A DNA stretch of 44,244 nucleotides from a virus (lineage: Duplodnaviria > Caudoviricetes). Location of the stretch: the IMG/VR virus record IMGVR_UViG_3300011412_000002, positions 1 to 44,244 of that record; one strand, written 5' to 3'. Made by a program: the position numbers and the translations under genes. The notes under the pieces are model-generated. The model had not been told where the DNA came from. It ran no database searches and worked only from the letters and a program-made list of their open reading frames with translations. Of this stretch, positions 36,301 through 44,244 are shown in pieces. Each line of letters opens with the position of its first letter. Position 1 is the stretch's first letter.

Positions 36301-38506
36301 GCGGGCGCTGGCCAGCGTGCAGCCCTACGGCGCCGCCTCGACGCAGGGCGAGCGCACGTTCGACGTCGCCGCCGGCACCGCCGGCGGGGTGGCCGGGGCC
36401 GCCACCGCCGACGAGGACGCCACCTGGCAGGAGCGCGCCAAGCGCTTCGCCGTGGGCTCGGCCGGGGCGGCGCTGGCGGGCCCCACCGCCCGGGGTGCGC
36501 TGGGACAGCTCGCCGGGCGCAGCGCCGACACGCTCGGCGCCGCCGCCGGCGCCAGGGGCCCGCGCGGGGGCGTCCCCCGCCAACTCGGGTTGGGGGAGGC
36601 CGAGGGCGCGGGCGGCTTGCCGAAGGAGGCCCGCCGGTTGCTGACGCCCGGCGCAAACGGGGCGACGAAGCTGGGCGCCGCCACGCAGCTCGCGCAGGCC
36701 ACCCCGCTGGCCTCGATTCCCAGCCTGGGCTGGAACGCGGCGGGCGGCGTGTTCCGCACCGCCCAGCGGTACCTGCAGGACAGCGCGGGCAACCTCGACC
36801 GGCCGGCCGAGAGCCTGTCCGACCTGATCGGGATGGGGCAGGAGTTGCTGAGCGGGCGGGCCCTCAAGGCGGGGGTGAGGGAGTTCAACAAGGTCTCCGA
36901 GCGGGGGGCCTCGGCGCAGGGGCTGACCCCGGGGGGTATCTACGAATCGACCAACCCGGTGCTGCGGGGGCTCACCGCCGGGACGCGGGCGAACGCCGCC
37001 ACCGACCAGTTCTTCCGCACGCTGAACGAGGCCGGGGCGCGGGCGCGCATGGCCCGCCGGGGGGCGACCGGGCCGGAGGCGGCCGAGGGGGTCACCCGCG
37101 CCGGCGACTTCGCCTCGTTCCTGGGGAAGAGCAGCCCGGTGGCGGACGCCCTGGTCTCGGCCGGGCAGTGGGCCAACAACCGCGACCTGCCGATGGCCAA
37201 GCGCCTGCTGGGCGCCGCCACGGCCGGCTTCGCCCCCTACGTCCGCACGCCCGAGCGCATCCTGTGGGCCACCACCAAGCTGGCCAGCGACTGGGCCACC
37301 CAGCCGGGGCAGTTCGCCTACAGGCTGGCGAAGGGGGACAAGGACGCGGCGCGGGAGGCCGGGGGGCGCTTCCTGCTCTCGGCCGGCCTGGTCGGGCTGT
37401 TCGCCAACGAGTACCTGTCCGGGGCCCTGCGGGGCGACCCCCCGGCCAACCCGACCGAGCGGCGCAAGGCCGAGGCGGACGGGGCGCAGTGGAACACCTG
37501 GCGGGGGATGCCGATCTCCCGCATCGGCCCGGTGGGGGGCGCCGCCTCGATCGTCGCCACCACCCTCGCCGCCGGCGAGCGGGCGGTGGTGCGCGGGGAG
37601 CACCCCGCCGACGTCGGTCGGGACACGGTCAACGCCATCGGGCGCTGGACGCTGTCCAACTCCTACCTCGAAGACCTCCAGAACTTCAGCGAGGACGTCG
37701 CCGCCGGCCGGCTGGCGCAGGCCGCCGAGAAGCAGGCGGTGAACGTCGGCACGCGCGCCCTCTCCCCGCTCACGAGCATCGGCAGCGCCATCGACCCGAG
37801 CGAGCGCACCCGGGAGGGCACGGGCGAGGAGCTGCTGTACAAGCTCCCCGGCGGGCGCTTCTTCCTGCCCGAGCGCCTCGACCCGACCAGCGGCGAGCCG
37901 GTGCGCCGCAAGGGCAATTTCGCCTCCCGCTACGCCGGCTTCTCGCAAGGCCGGGAGACCACCCCGGAGGGCACCGAACTCTCCCGCTTCGGGGTGAACG
38001 CCCCCGAGTACCGCGCCGGCGACACCTACCAGGGGGCACCGCTCACCAGCGCGCAGGCCCGCATCCTCCAGCGCGCCTCGGGCAGCGAGATCAACCGCGC
38101 GACGCGCGAGGTGCTGGCCTCCCCCGAGTACAAGGCGGCCGACGAGGCGGGCAAGGAGAAGCAGCTCCGCGCCGCCCTCACCCGGGCCCGGGAGCGGGCC
38201 GACGTCGTCGCCGGCGAGCAGGTCAGCCGGGGCACGAAGCAGCAGGCGCAGCGGGAGTACGACGCCGTCCCCAGGTACCGGGGCGTCTCCGGCACCCCCG
38301 ACCAGATCCGCACCAAGAACGACGAGATCTCCCAGGCCAAGAGCGCCCGCAGCAAGGCGAAGAGCAAGAGCGCGCAGGCCGAGGCGGACTGGATCAAGGC
38401 GCACCCCGACGAGTACCGCCTCTCCCGGATGGAGGCCGTCGACCCGGCCCGCCTGAAGTACCAGCGCGAGCAGATCGAGAAGAAGCACGGCGTGGAGCTG
38501 GGCTGA
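33389..38506 (+). CDS. Giant (1705 aa) internal virion / ejection protein containing an alpha-helical DNA-glycosylase-like domain
   Basis: Largest ORF in the morphogenesis operon; segment K-LTAF...VIDTHMFR...[18 protein letters not shown]. Confidence 0.65.
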   Translation: MDGMLPPVDTGGWLNYQRRRAQQFARERIARAGQIGQVGGDWLSRAGTSLDNLLPDWAKEEAPRPNLPQITPPPSPSLSEGNSGGLPDWARSASDRIGQIGSDLGGVIDQAQGILPGGEAWNADLERIRREREASEARFPQPEPGPTGMVNQTGTPEGEAITSALAETAQRETPGGQFATNMARRAAGPASGPMTADTPVQNLAGMAGLAFQNVGAPLPGGRAIGAGLLPDMAARAATEAIPGGETSVLEGAQIPEWVPGLGGQRLTKDTPVLGGLTTPDEAIPFAVGAKYGDPDQLAGGFDDVLRASQGVARRFGTRADEGLGAVAGRGLRPERSEFGIAADEFTPRDIEGLVLDGAEGTADELRALPGAPGHSSTSPGVARTRSERPGPGMEAVREAPTPYEYLKGMASDYERFRDFYPDFGRFYRSLAEPAGEQSEGLFNELGAMWAATAAQTAPHDNLIKALQASIAARKFRELTGKLPNQDELLYLLRTGEAAPGMRYDRVRANPKLQIEAKLDPVLGPEGVIAKVPEAKLEGGAAKITSDDAKKIAAIWEEGGIDIPTNFKLTAFNILNALAARNEHAPWSVIDTHMFRLFGYGDEARKIKAGDLAGNPTASRYVQATVKRLADELGWEPHQVQSALWYGAKNEISRVDVKNATMKGGAAEFAGMPEGTVVDDGTLAYSIQKAWDAGVLPNFLKNYAPQGPINEMSGGARVRFTGPIGPGNFGKGPSQARGVRLSGKDPVTGQKYGRFRLDMPEQEGANAWAENRGYTTTVDAGPQELDALGYDRDTGKIRALTERSIPHAVTENVDGSTSVQLFARADAPAQEAQDVLAGALGGDIPQMHRPILETQQGRLGPSTGQAFQLDKADGARWTLAEVQAARRSGLPIRMSPDGLSLVARADDLPSGTTIADLQRELEAAGAPPLEAQAVDVRTLPPRTQAPGAVDTVGAVAGEEGAGEAGDVQSALQRALASVQPYGAASTQGERTFDVAAGTAGGVAGAATADEDATWQERAKRFAVGSAGAALAGPTARGALGQLAGRSADTLGAAAGARGPRGGVPRQLGLGEAEGAGGLPKEARRLLTPGANGATKLGAATQLAQATPLASIPSLGWNAAGGVFRTAQRYLQDSAGNLDRPAESLSDLIGMGQELLSGRALKAGVREFNKVSERGASAQGLTPGGIYESTNPVLRGLTAGTRANAATDQFFRTLNEAGARARMARRGATGPEAAEGVTRAGDFASFLGKSSPVADALVSAGQWANNRDLPMAKRLLGAATAGFAPYVRTPERILWATTKLASDWATQPGQFAYRLAKGDKDAAREAGGRFLLSAGLVGLFANEYLSGALRGDPPANPTERRKAEADGAQWNTWRGMPISRIGPVGGAASIVATTLAAGERAVVRGEHPADVGRDTVNAIGRWTLSNSYLEDLQNFSEDVAAGRLAQAAEKQAVNVGTRALSPLTSIGSAIDPSERTREGTGEELLYKLPGGRFFLPERLDPTSGEPVRRKGNFASRYAGFSQGRETTPEGTELSRFGVNAPEYRAGDTYQGAPLTSAQARILQRASGSEINRATREVLASPEYKAADEAGKEKQLRAALTRARERADVVAGEQVSRGTKQQAQREYDAVPRYRGVSGTPDQIRTKNDEISQAKSARSKAKSKSAQAEADWIKAHPDEYRLSRMEAVDPARLKYQREQIEKKHGVELG

Positions 38507-38507
38507 G

Positions 38508-39719
38508 ATGGCGAACGAGCCGGACTGGGTCAAAGACCTCCTGGGGTCGAGCGCCACCACCTACCGCCCACCCGAGCAGCGCACGAGCGGGGGCGACGAT
38601 GACGTGGCGGGCTACATCCGCAGCGCCGCCGCCAAGCGGGGCATCGACCCGGAGACCGCCATCAAGGTGGCCCAGAGCGAGGGCGGGTTGGTGCCCAACC
38701 GCACCGGCTCCTTCAAGACGGGCAAATCGTTCTGGCCCTTCCAGCTCCACTACGGCGGGCCCGGCTACGAGCAGTTCGGCACCACCGCCGGGATGGGCAA
38801 CTCGTTCACCGCCCAGACCGGGCTGCAGCCCGGCGACCCCAACGCCTGGCGGCAGGCCACCGACTACGCGCTCGACGCCGCCGCGAAGAACGGCTGGGGC
38901 GCCTGGTACGGGGCCCGCAACGTGGGCGTCACCGGGCGCCAGGGCATCGGCACCGCCCCCTCCGCTCCCGCCGCCGCGGCTCCCGCTGCGACCGATGGGG
39001 CCCCGGATTGGGTGCGCGATCTGATGGGAAGTTCGGTTGCGGGGAGAAACGGTCAGCCCCTTATCTCCACCAACAACAGCAATACGGAAGCCCCCGACTG
39101 GGTGCGCGACCTCCAGGCCTCCTCCCCCTCGTTAAGCGGTGCGAGCAGGAGTACGCCGAGTTACGCCGGTGCGGCGCAGACCGACGAGATCTGGCCGGTG
39201 GCGGGGCAGCGCTGGGGGCAGGTCAACAACCCCTTCGGCGGCACCCAGGCGCGCAGCGCCGGCGCCACCGTGGCCCTACCCAGCCAGAACGTGGGCGCCG
39301 ACCTCACCGCCCGCTACGGGGCCCAGGTGGTGGCGCCGGTCTCCGGCACGGTCGTGGAGGCGTTCGACGCCCCCAACGAGACCGACCGCAACGCCAACCA
39401 CGGCTGGGGCGGGATGACCCTGCTGCGGGGCGACAACGGCTACTTCTACCGCATGAGCCACGCCAAGCCCGGCAGCGTCGCCGCGCAGCCGGGGCAGCGG
39501 GTGGCGCAGGGGCAGCCGCTGCAGCAGGTGGGGGTGAGCGGCAACACCACCGGGGCCCACCTGGACTACGAGAAGTTCGACCGCCCCGGCCACTTCGTCG
39601 ACCCCGTCCAGGGTCGGGGCGGTACAGTGGCTTCGCCTAACGAGGGGCGGGGGTCTGCGGTGACCGATCGGTCACCAACGATGCCCGACTGGGTGCGCGA
39701 TCTGATGGGAGCCAGGTAG
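38508..39719 (+). CDS. Virion-associated peptidoglycan hydrolase: lysozyme/transglycosylase-like domain plus M23 peptidase domain
   Basis: IRSAAAKRGIDP..AIKVAQSEGG...PFQL...GWGAW; then GADL.A.YGAQVVAPVSGTV...SH...GQRV..GQ....VG.SGNTTGAHLDY. Confidence 0.8.
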   Translation: MANEPDWVKDLLGSSATTYRPPEQRTSGGDDDVAGYIRSAAAKRGIDPETAIKVAQSEGGLVPNRTGSFKTGKSFWPFQLHYGGPGYEQFGTTAGMGNSFTAQTGLQPGDPNAWRQATDYALDAAAKNGWGAWYGARNVGVTGRQGIGTAPSAPAAAAPAATDGAPDWVRDLMGSSVAGRNGQPLISTNNSNTEAPDWVRDLQASSPSLSGASRSTPSYAGAAQTDEIWPVAGQRWGQVNNPFGGTQARSAGATVALPSQNVGADLTARYGAQVVAPVSGTVVEAFDAPNETDRNANHGWGGMTLLRGDNGYFYRMSHAKPGSVAAQPGQRVAQGQPLQQVGVSGNTTGAHLDYEKFDRPGHFVDPVQGRGGTVASPNEGRGSAVTDRSPTMPDWVRDLMGAR

Positions 39720-41648
39720 ATGCCGGACAACAACCCGTACCCGAACAGTCCGGCGAATTGGTTCCTGGATTGGTGGGCCCAGCAGCAGGCGAAGCGGTTG
39801 GGGACGCCGGTGCCCGGCACAGTTCCGGCGCCGATCCAGGCGCCCGGGGCCCCGGGGGGCTTCGTGGCGCCGGGGAACCCGGCGGCGCCGGGTGGCCCGA
39901 GCACGGATTTTGGCCCGGCCCCGAGCACCTCGACGGCTGCGGTCGACACCTACGACACCACGTACCCGTACCCGGAGAGCACCACCGACGACCTGGAGCG
40001 GTACGAGAACAACCGCAAGAAGATCGAGAACGACGTCCACGAGGTCGGGAAGATCCTGAGCGACCCGACCAAGCCGGCCGACCACCCCGACAAGATCGAG
40101 GCCCAGAAGCGCCTCGACACCTACAACATCCAGTACCAGGCGGCGATCGACCGCATCGCCCAGGAGAAGAACCGGCGGGCGGACAACGCCCGGGCGGACG
40201 CCGACAAGCAGCGCCAGATCGACAAAGAGAGCAAGGCCGAGGCCGAGAAGCGCGACGCCACGCCCAAGAACGGCGACACGCGCAACATCCTGCGGGAGTG
40301 GACGGATCCGCAGGGGCGCAAGATCACCGGCATGGTCACCGAGACCTACAACAACGGGGTCTGGGGCTACGTCAAGGGCAGCGCCACCGCCGACACCGGC
40401 ATCCCCGCCGGGCCCGGCGAGCGGCCCTCGGTCATCACGGACGGGCAGGGCACCTACTGGACGGTCGACCCGACCACCGGGCAGGCCAGGTCGATCACCG
40501 GCCCGAAGGCGGCGGCGAAGACCATCACCGACCCGGACGGCAACATCTGGCTGCAGAACCCGGACGGCACCAAGGGCTCCAAGCTCTTCGACGCGGCGCC
40601 GAAGACGGTCACCGACAACGGGCGGATCATCGCCTACGACCCCCGCAGCGGGGCCAAAATCTTCGAGACCGACACCAAGACGCCGGAGGGCCGGGCCCTG
40701 GCCGACCGGCTGGAGCGGGCCAACGTCGCCGCCGCCGAAAGGCAGGCCGACCCCCAGTTCGCCAGCGCGATCGCCCAGTACCGGGCCGAGGCCCAGCGCC
40801 GGCAGGGCCTCGCCCGCACCGAGTTGGCCCGCCTGCAAGACCTCCAGAAGTCGGGGCAGCTCAGCCCGGAGATGGCCGAGGCGCAGTTCGACACCTGGAT
40901 GCAGACCAACGTCGAGGGGCCCCTGGCCGGCTTCAAGGCGGCCGCCGAGCAGGAGCAGCGCAAGCTGGAGCAGGAGAACCTCACCCGGCAGAACGCCGAG
41001 GAGGGGCGCGTCGAGACCGCCAACCGGGAGCGGGGGCGCCTCGCCTACGAGGCCGACACCGCCGGCCGTGCCATCTCCCGGGAGATCGCGCAGCGCACGC
41101 GGGCCCCGGAGTTCATCCGGGACACCGGCAAGCTGGCGGCCTCGCTGGCCAGCGGGCGGACGGACTTCGCCTTCTCGCCCGAGAGCCTCGACCCGGCCAA
41201 CTTCAAGAAGGCCCTGCCCAACATGGACGAGCTGGCGGACAAGGCGGTGCAGCGCCTGTTCTCGTTCGTCCCCGAGGCCCGGGCTCGCAACGTCAACGTG
41301 CCCCTGCCGGAGATGCCCTCGGGCGATAACCTACGGGGCATGATGGATCAGGTGCGGTACACCCCTTCCGCCGGCGCCGCGGGCGGCGTCGGGGCCGGCA
41401 GCCAAGTGGCCGAGGGGCAGGGCGCGGTCGATCTGAAAGACCAGGGGCGGCCGGGCTGGGCCCGCACGGTCTACCAGAACGGGAAGTACGAGGACTGGGA
41501 GATCCCCACCACCTCCTCCGGCCAGATCGCGCAGCTCGCCGCCGGGGCCCCGCCGCCGGCGATGGCGAGCGGCGGGCTGCCCGGCCAGCAGGAGGGCGAG
41601 ACCGAGGAGCAGCGTCAGGCGCGCTGGCGGGCGATCATGTCCCGCTAA
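39720..41648 (+). CDS. Probable internal virion / ejection protein (coiled-coil plus short beta repeats)
   Basis: ITDGQG/ITDPDG/VTDNG beta-hairpin repeats and long helical segments; operon context. Confidence 0.55.
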   Translation: MPDNNPYPNSPANWFLDWWAQQQAKRLGTPVPGTVPAPIQAPGAPGGFVAPGNPAAPGGPSTDFGPAPSTSTAAVDTYDTTYPYPESTTDDLERYENNRKKIENDVHEVGKILSDPTKPADHPDKIEAQKRLDTYNIQYQAAIDRIAQEKNRRADNARADADKQRQIDKESKAEAEKRDATPKNGDTRNILREWTDPQGRKITGMVTETYNNGVWGYVKGSATADTGIPAGPGERPSVITDGQGTYWTVDPTTGQARSITGPKAAAKTITDPDGNIWLQNPDGTKGSKLFDAAPKTVTDNGRIIAYDPRSGAKIFETDTKTPEGRALADRLERANVAAAERQADPQFASAIAQYRAEAQRRQGLARTELARLQDLQKSGQLSPEMAEAQFDTWMQTNVEGPLAGFKAAAEQEQRKLEQENLTRQNAEEGRVETANRERGRLAYEADTAGRAISREIAQRTRAPEFIRDTGKLAASLASGRTDFAFSPESLDPANFKKALPNMDELADKAVQRLFSFVPEARARNVNVPLPEMPSGDNLRGMMDQVRYTPSAGAAGGVGAGSQVAEGQGAVDLKDQGRPGWARTVYQNGKYEDWEIPTTSSGQIAQLAAGAPPPAMASGGLPGQQEGETEEQRQARWRAIMSR

Positions 41649-41770
41649 AGCCAGGACAGCAGGATGCGCCAGCCGATGATCGCCAGCCCGGAGGCGACGT
41701 AGCCCGCCATCCCCACCCCGAGCACCAGCACCAGCAGCAGGAAGGCCCACTCGATCGGGTGGATCTTCAC
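41645..41770 (-). CDS. Small membrane protein (MKIHPIEWAFLLLVLVLGVG...), not in the ORF track
   Basis: GTGA overlap with the upstream minus-strand gene; entirely hydrophobic. Confidence 0.5.
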   Translation of the reverse strand: MKIHPIEWAFLLLVLVLGVGMAGYVASGLAIIGWRILLSWL

Positions 41771-42063
41771 ACCCCCCACCCCTCGTAAAGCGAGACCACC
41801 GGGGACGACAACCCCGGGTCGAAGGCCAGTGCGCCCCGGTCGCGCAGGAAGCGCAGCCGGCGCACGCCCCGCTCCAGCAGGTGGCGCACCGCCAGCTCCG
41901 TCTTGCCCAGCTCGCGCGCGATCGAACGCAGCGAGCGGGGCTGCCCGTTGGCGACGCCCAGCGCCCGGTAGAGCACCACGCGCTCCTCCCGGGGTAGGCG
42001 CCGCAGGTGGTTGATGAGCAGGGCCGTCAGCTCTTCGGGGGTCAACGGTTCGTCAGCACTCAT
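41767..42063 (-). CDS. Sigma70 region-4 HTH domain protein (stand-alone)
   Basis: LRRLPREERVVL....G......SLRSIARELG.T...VRHLLERGVRRLR. Confidence 0.8.
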   Translation of the reverse strand: MSADEPLTPEELTALLINHLRRLPREERVVLYRALGVANGQPRSLRSIARELGKTELAVRHLLERGVRRLRFLRDRGALAFDPGLSSPVVSLYEGWGV

Positions 42064-42069
42064 ACATCT

Positions 42070-42099
42070 ATGATAGCAGATGGTAGCTACTGATGTGGA
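42070..42099 (-). promoter_or_regulatory. Probable leaderless promoter for the sigma-R4 gene, containing a GTAGCTAC box
   Basis: Minus strand TGn-TATCAT 6 nt before the ATG at 42063. Confidence 0.55.
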
Positions 42100-42176
42100 A
42101 AGCCAATGACCGATACGGTGGTTGCGCTGACCAATCGGTCAGGATTACCCTGTGTCTCGGAAGGCGTAGTGTGTAG

Positions 42177-43175
42177 GTGACCGAGGGCCCCGCAGTCCCA
42201 GCCGAGCCGAGTGCGGCCGCCGCTGAGAACTCGACGCCCCCGGGCCCGGCACCGGGCCGGATGACGGCGCCACCGCCGTCGATCCGGCAACGGCCCGGAG
42301 AAGCCCCGCCTGCGCCCTCCCGAAACGCCCCTCCCCAAGATCGGGACGGGCAGGCCGGTAGCGGTGCCGAGGCACCCGCCACGCCCTCGCGGGCCGGGTC
42401 GGACTTCATCTCCCGCCTCTTCGGGAGACGCGAGGTTCGCAGCCCGGACGCGGGGGAGGGCGGGGGGCCCCGGGACGAGCCCGCATCGCGCCCTGACGAC
42501 CGACCAACGGGGACTGCACCCCAGCCACCCGGGCAGGCGCCCCCGATCTCGGGGCGCGCCGCCGACGTGGCGCGCCAGCTCGCCTCCCTGCCGGGGGACG
42601 AGCTGGCGGCGCTGGCCCAGGCGGACAACCCGTTCGCGCGGGCCGTCCAGAGCGAGATCGACCGCCGCACGGCGCGCGCCAACAAGGAGCGCGACGAGCA
42701 AGGCCGGTACGTTCGCCAGCGCAAGGTGGAGGAGCTGCGCGGGGAGGCCCGGCAGGCCCGCCAGACGGACGTCTACAAGGCGGCCGAGTTGGAGGAGCAG
42801 GCCGACGCGATCCAGCAGCAGGAGCAGTTCGTGCGGGGGCTCGTGGAGCACTACGACCGGGTGAGCATCGACCCGATCGTGCAAGCCCTGCCGGAGAGCG
42901 ACCGGGCCTCCATCCTGGCTGCCGTGCCGGACGGTCTGGACGGGCGCGCCGAGGTGGTGCGCGCCGCCCTGAAGCGTCTGGAGCAGATCTGGCGGGCCGA
43001 CGAGGCGCGCAAGATCAAGGGCGCCGGCGGTGGCCGGCGCCGGGACAACGCCGAGCGCCGGGTGGCCCAGGCGATCGACGACGGGGAACCCGAACTCGTC
43101 ACCGGTATCGGGCGGGGACGGAACGGGACGCCCACGATGAACGACTGGCTGCGCCGGGAGTTCAACCGCCGCTAG
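42177..43175 (+). CDS. Capsid scaffolding protein
   Basis: Disordered N-terminus, coiled coil, C-terminal MNDWLR helix; directly upstream of the capsid gene. Confidence 0.7.
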   Translation: MTEGPAVPAEPSAAAAENSTPPGPAPGRMTAPPPSIRQRPGEAPPAPSRNAPPQDRDGQAGSGAEAPATPSRAGSDFISRLFGRREVRSPDAGEGGGPRDEPASRPDDRPTGTAPQPPGQAPPISGRAADVARQLASLPGDELAALAQADNPFARAVQSEIDRRTARANKERDEQGRYVRQRKVEELRGEARQARQTDVYKAAELEEQADAIQQQEQFVRGLVEHYDRVSIDPIVQALPESDRASILAAVPDGLDGRAEVVRAALKRLEQIWRADEARKIKGAGGGRRRDNAERRVAQAIDDGEPELVTGIGRGRNGTPTMNDWLRREFNRR

Positions 43176-43222
43176 CGCGCGGTAGTAAAACACCCCCCCA
43201 CGGTCAAGAAAGGCCGCCCGAT

Positions 43223-44244
43223 ATGTCCTACTCAGCCGCGATCGACAGAACCGAGGCCGGGCCACTCATCCCGGAAGACGTGGCGCACGAGATCATCAGC
43301 GCCACCACCGAGAAGAGCTTCGCCCTCTCCTCCTTCGACCGGGTGCCCATGTCCCGTAAGCAGCGCAGACTTCCGATTCTCGATCGGAAACCGCTGGCCT
43401 ACTTTGTTAACGGAGACACCGGGCTCAAGCAAACTTCGGACATGAAGTGGGACAATATCTTTCTTAATGCCGAAGAGTTGGCTGTTCTTGTGCCAATTCC
43501 TGATCTTGTTTATGATGACACTGACTACGATATGTGGTCACTCATCAAGCCGCAGGTGACCGAAGCTATGGGCAAAGTCATTGACGATGCCATACTTTTC
43601 GGTACGGGTAAGCCCACTTTGTGGCCTGACGGAATTTTGGTCGCCGCCACCGCCGCCGGCAACGTGGCGACGGGCGCCGTCGCCTCGGCCACGCACGATA
43701 TCTTCGACGACCTGAACGCGGCCCTGATGCTCCTGGAGAGCGACGGGTACGAGCCCGACGCCTGGCTGCTGCGCCAGACCATGCGGGGCGTCATCCGCAA
43801 CACCCGCGACGGGAACCGGGGCTTCCTCTACCCGGCCAGCGGGCCCTCGAACGCCGGCGCCCAGGCCGGGCGCTGGGCGGGCGAGGTGTGGAACATCCCC
43901 GCCAAGGTGAGCAAGATGGGGCTGACCGGCTTCTCCTCCGGCGCCGCCAACGCCCTCGCCTTCGCTTTTGATACGTCCATGTTCAAGATCGCCGTGCGGG
44001 ACGATATCAACATGCGCGTCTTCGACCAGGGGGTCATTTCGGACGCCTCCGGCGTCGTCCTGCTCAACTTGATGCAGGCCGACAGCAAGGTGCTCAGAGT
44101 GACGTTCCGTCTGGCCTGGTGCGCGGCCAACCCGGTCACCCTGCAGGCGCCGACCCGCACGGCCAGCTACCCGGCCAGCGTCGTGACGCAGGGCACCTTC
44201 GTCGGGGCGCTCGGCGCGTCGGAGACCGAGACCCTGGCCCTGTC
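43223..44244 (+). CDS. Major capsid protein, HK97 fold (continues at window positions 124-259); absent from the ORF track
   Basis: MSYSAAIDRTEAGPLIPEDVAHEII...VPM...P.L...P.AYFVNGDTGLKQTS...W.N..L.AEELAV.VPIP...DD..YD.W..IKP...EA.GKVID.A.LFG...NLMQ.D...LRV.FRLAW..ANP; GAAAGG RBS. Confidence 0.92.
   Translation, partial: MSYSAAIDRTEAGPLIPEDVAHEIISATTEKSFALSSFDRVPMSRKQRRLPILDRKPLAYFVNGDTGLKQTSDMKWDNIFLNAEELAVLVPIPDLVYDDTDYDMWSLIKPQVTEAMGKVIDDAILFGTGKPTLWPDGILVAATAAGNVATGAVASATHDIFDDLNAALMLLESDGYEPDAWLLRQTMRGVIRNTRDGNRGFLYPASGPSNAGAQAGRWAGEVWNIPAKVSKMGLTGFSSGAANALAFAFDTSMFKIAVRDDINMRVFDQGVISDASGVVLLNLMQADSKVLRVTFRLAWCAANPVTLQAPTRTASYPASVVTQGTFVGALGASETETLAL

Noticed and set aside
33389-38506. 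Tape measure protein
   Set aside because: No major tail or tail-assembly chaperone genes nearby, no periodic aromatic repeats, and it lies between portal and scaffold; an ejection protein fits better.
35240-38560. Very long antisense or off-frame ORFs (e.g. 35240-38560 -, 2598-5165 +, 30558-32888 -, 5315-7306 -, 23799-25748 +)
   Set aside because: These are R/G/P/A-rich shadow frames expected in high-GC3 DNA; they overlap well-supported genes and show no domain motifs.
271-41792. Motif A or B as a CRISPR array
   Set aside because: Copies are kilobases apart, in both orientations, with no regular 30-40 nt spacers and no cas operon; the Cas4-like gene is an ordinary phage exonuclease.

Overview
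This window looks like a complete, circularly assembled genome of a high-GC (about 70% by eye) tailed phage. Bases 1-123 are repeated exactly at 44122-44244, giving a unit length of about 44,121 bp, and the HK97-fold major capsid gene runs across the join (43223-44244, then on to 259). The architecture is podovirus-like: portal, large putative ejection proteins, scaffold, capsid, Fn3 decoration protein, adaptor, nozzle and two fibres, with no tape measure or sheath. It also carries an M23 lysis cassette, a recombination module (ERCC4 nuclease, RecT-like protein, PD-(D/E)XK exonuclease), a primase-polymerase/SF3 helicase followed by an iterated origin-like region, terminase, and an inverted block of small early genes. 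I recognised no integrase, tRNA or CRISPR array. The most striking unexplained signal is a genome-wide, roughly 3-kb-periodic set of two DNA motifs. Motif A (core CCCTCGTWAAGCG plus a C-tract) has 23 copies counted by eye, in both orientations and often as inverted pairs. Palindromic motif B (TGACCRWWYGGTCA) has 13 copies. Both are written into coding sequences as well as gene junctions. A third motif (GGTAGC[T]AC) sits in the spacers of six sigma70-type promoters. Other highlights are an apparently multiply overprinted gene in the lysis cassette and a DNA-glycosylase-like domain inside the 1705-aa virion protein. All product calls come from motif recognition, not database searches.
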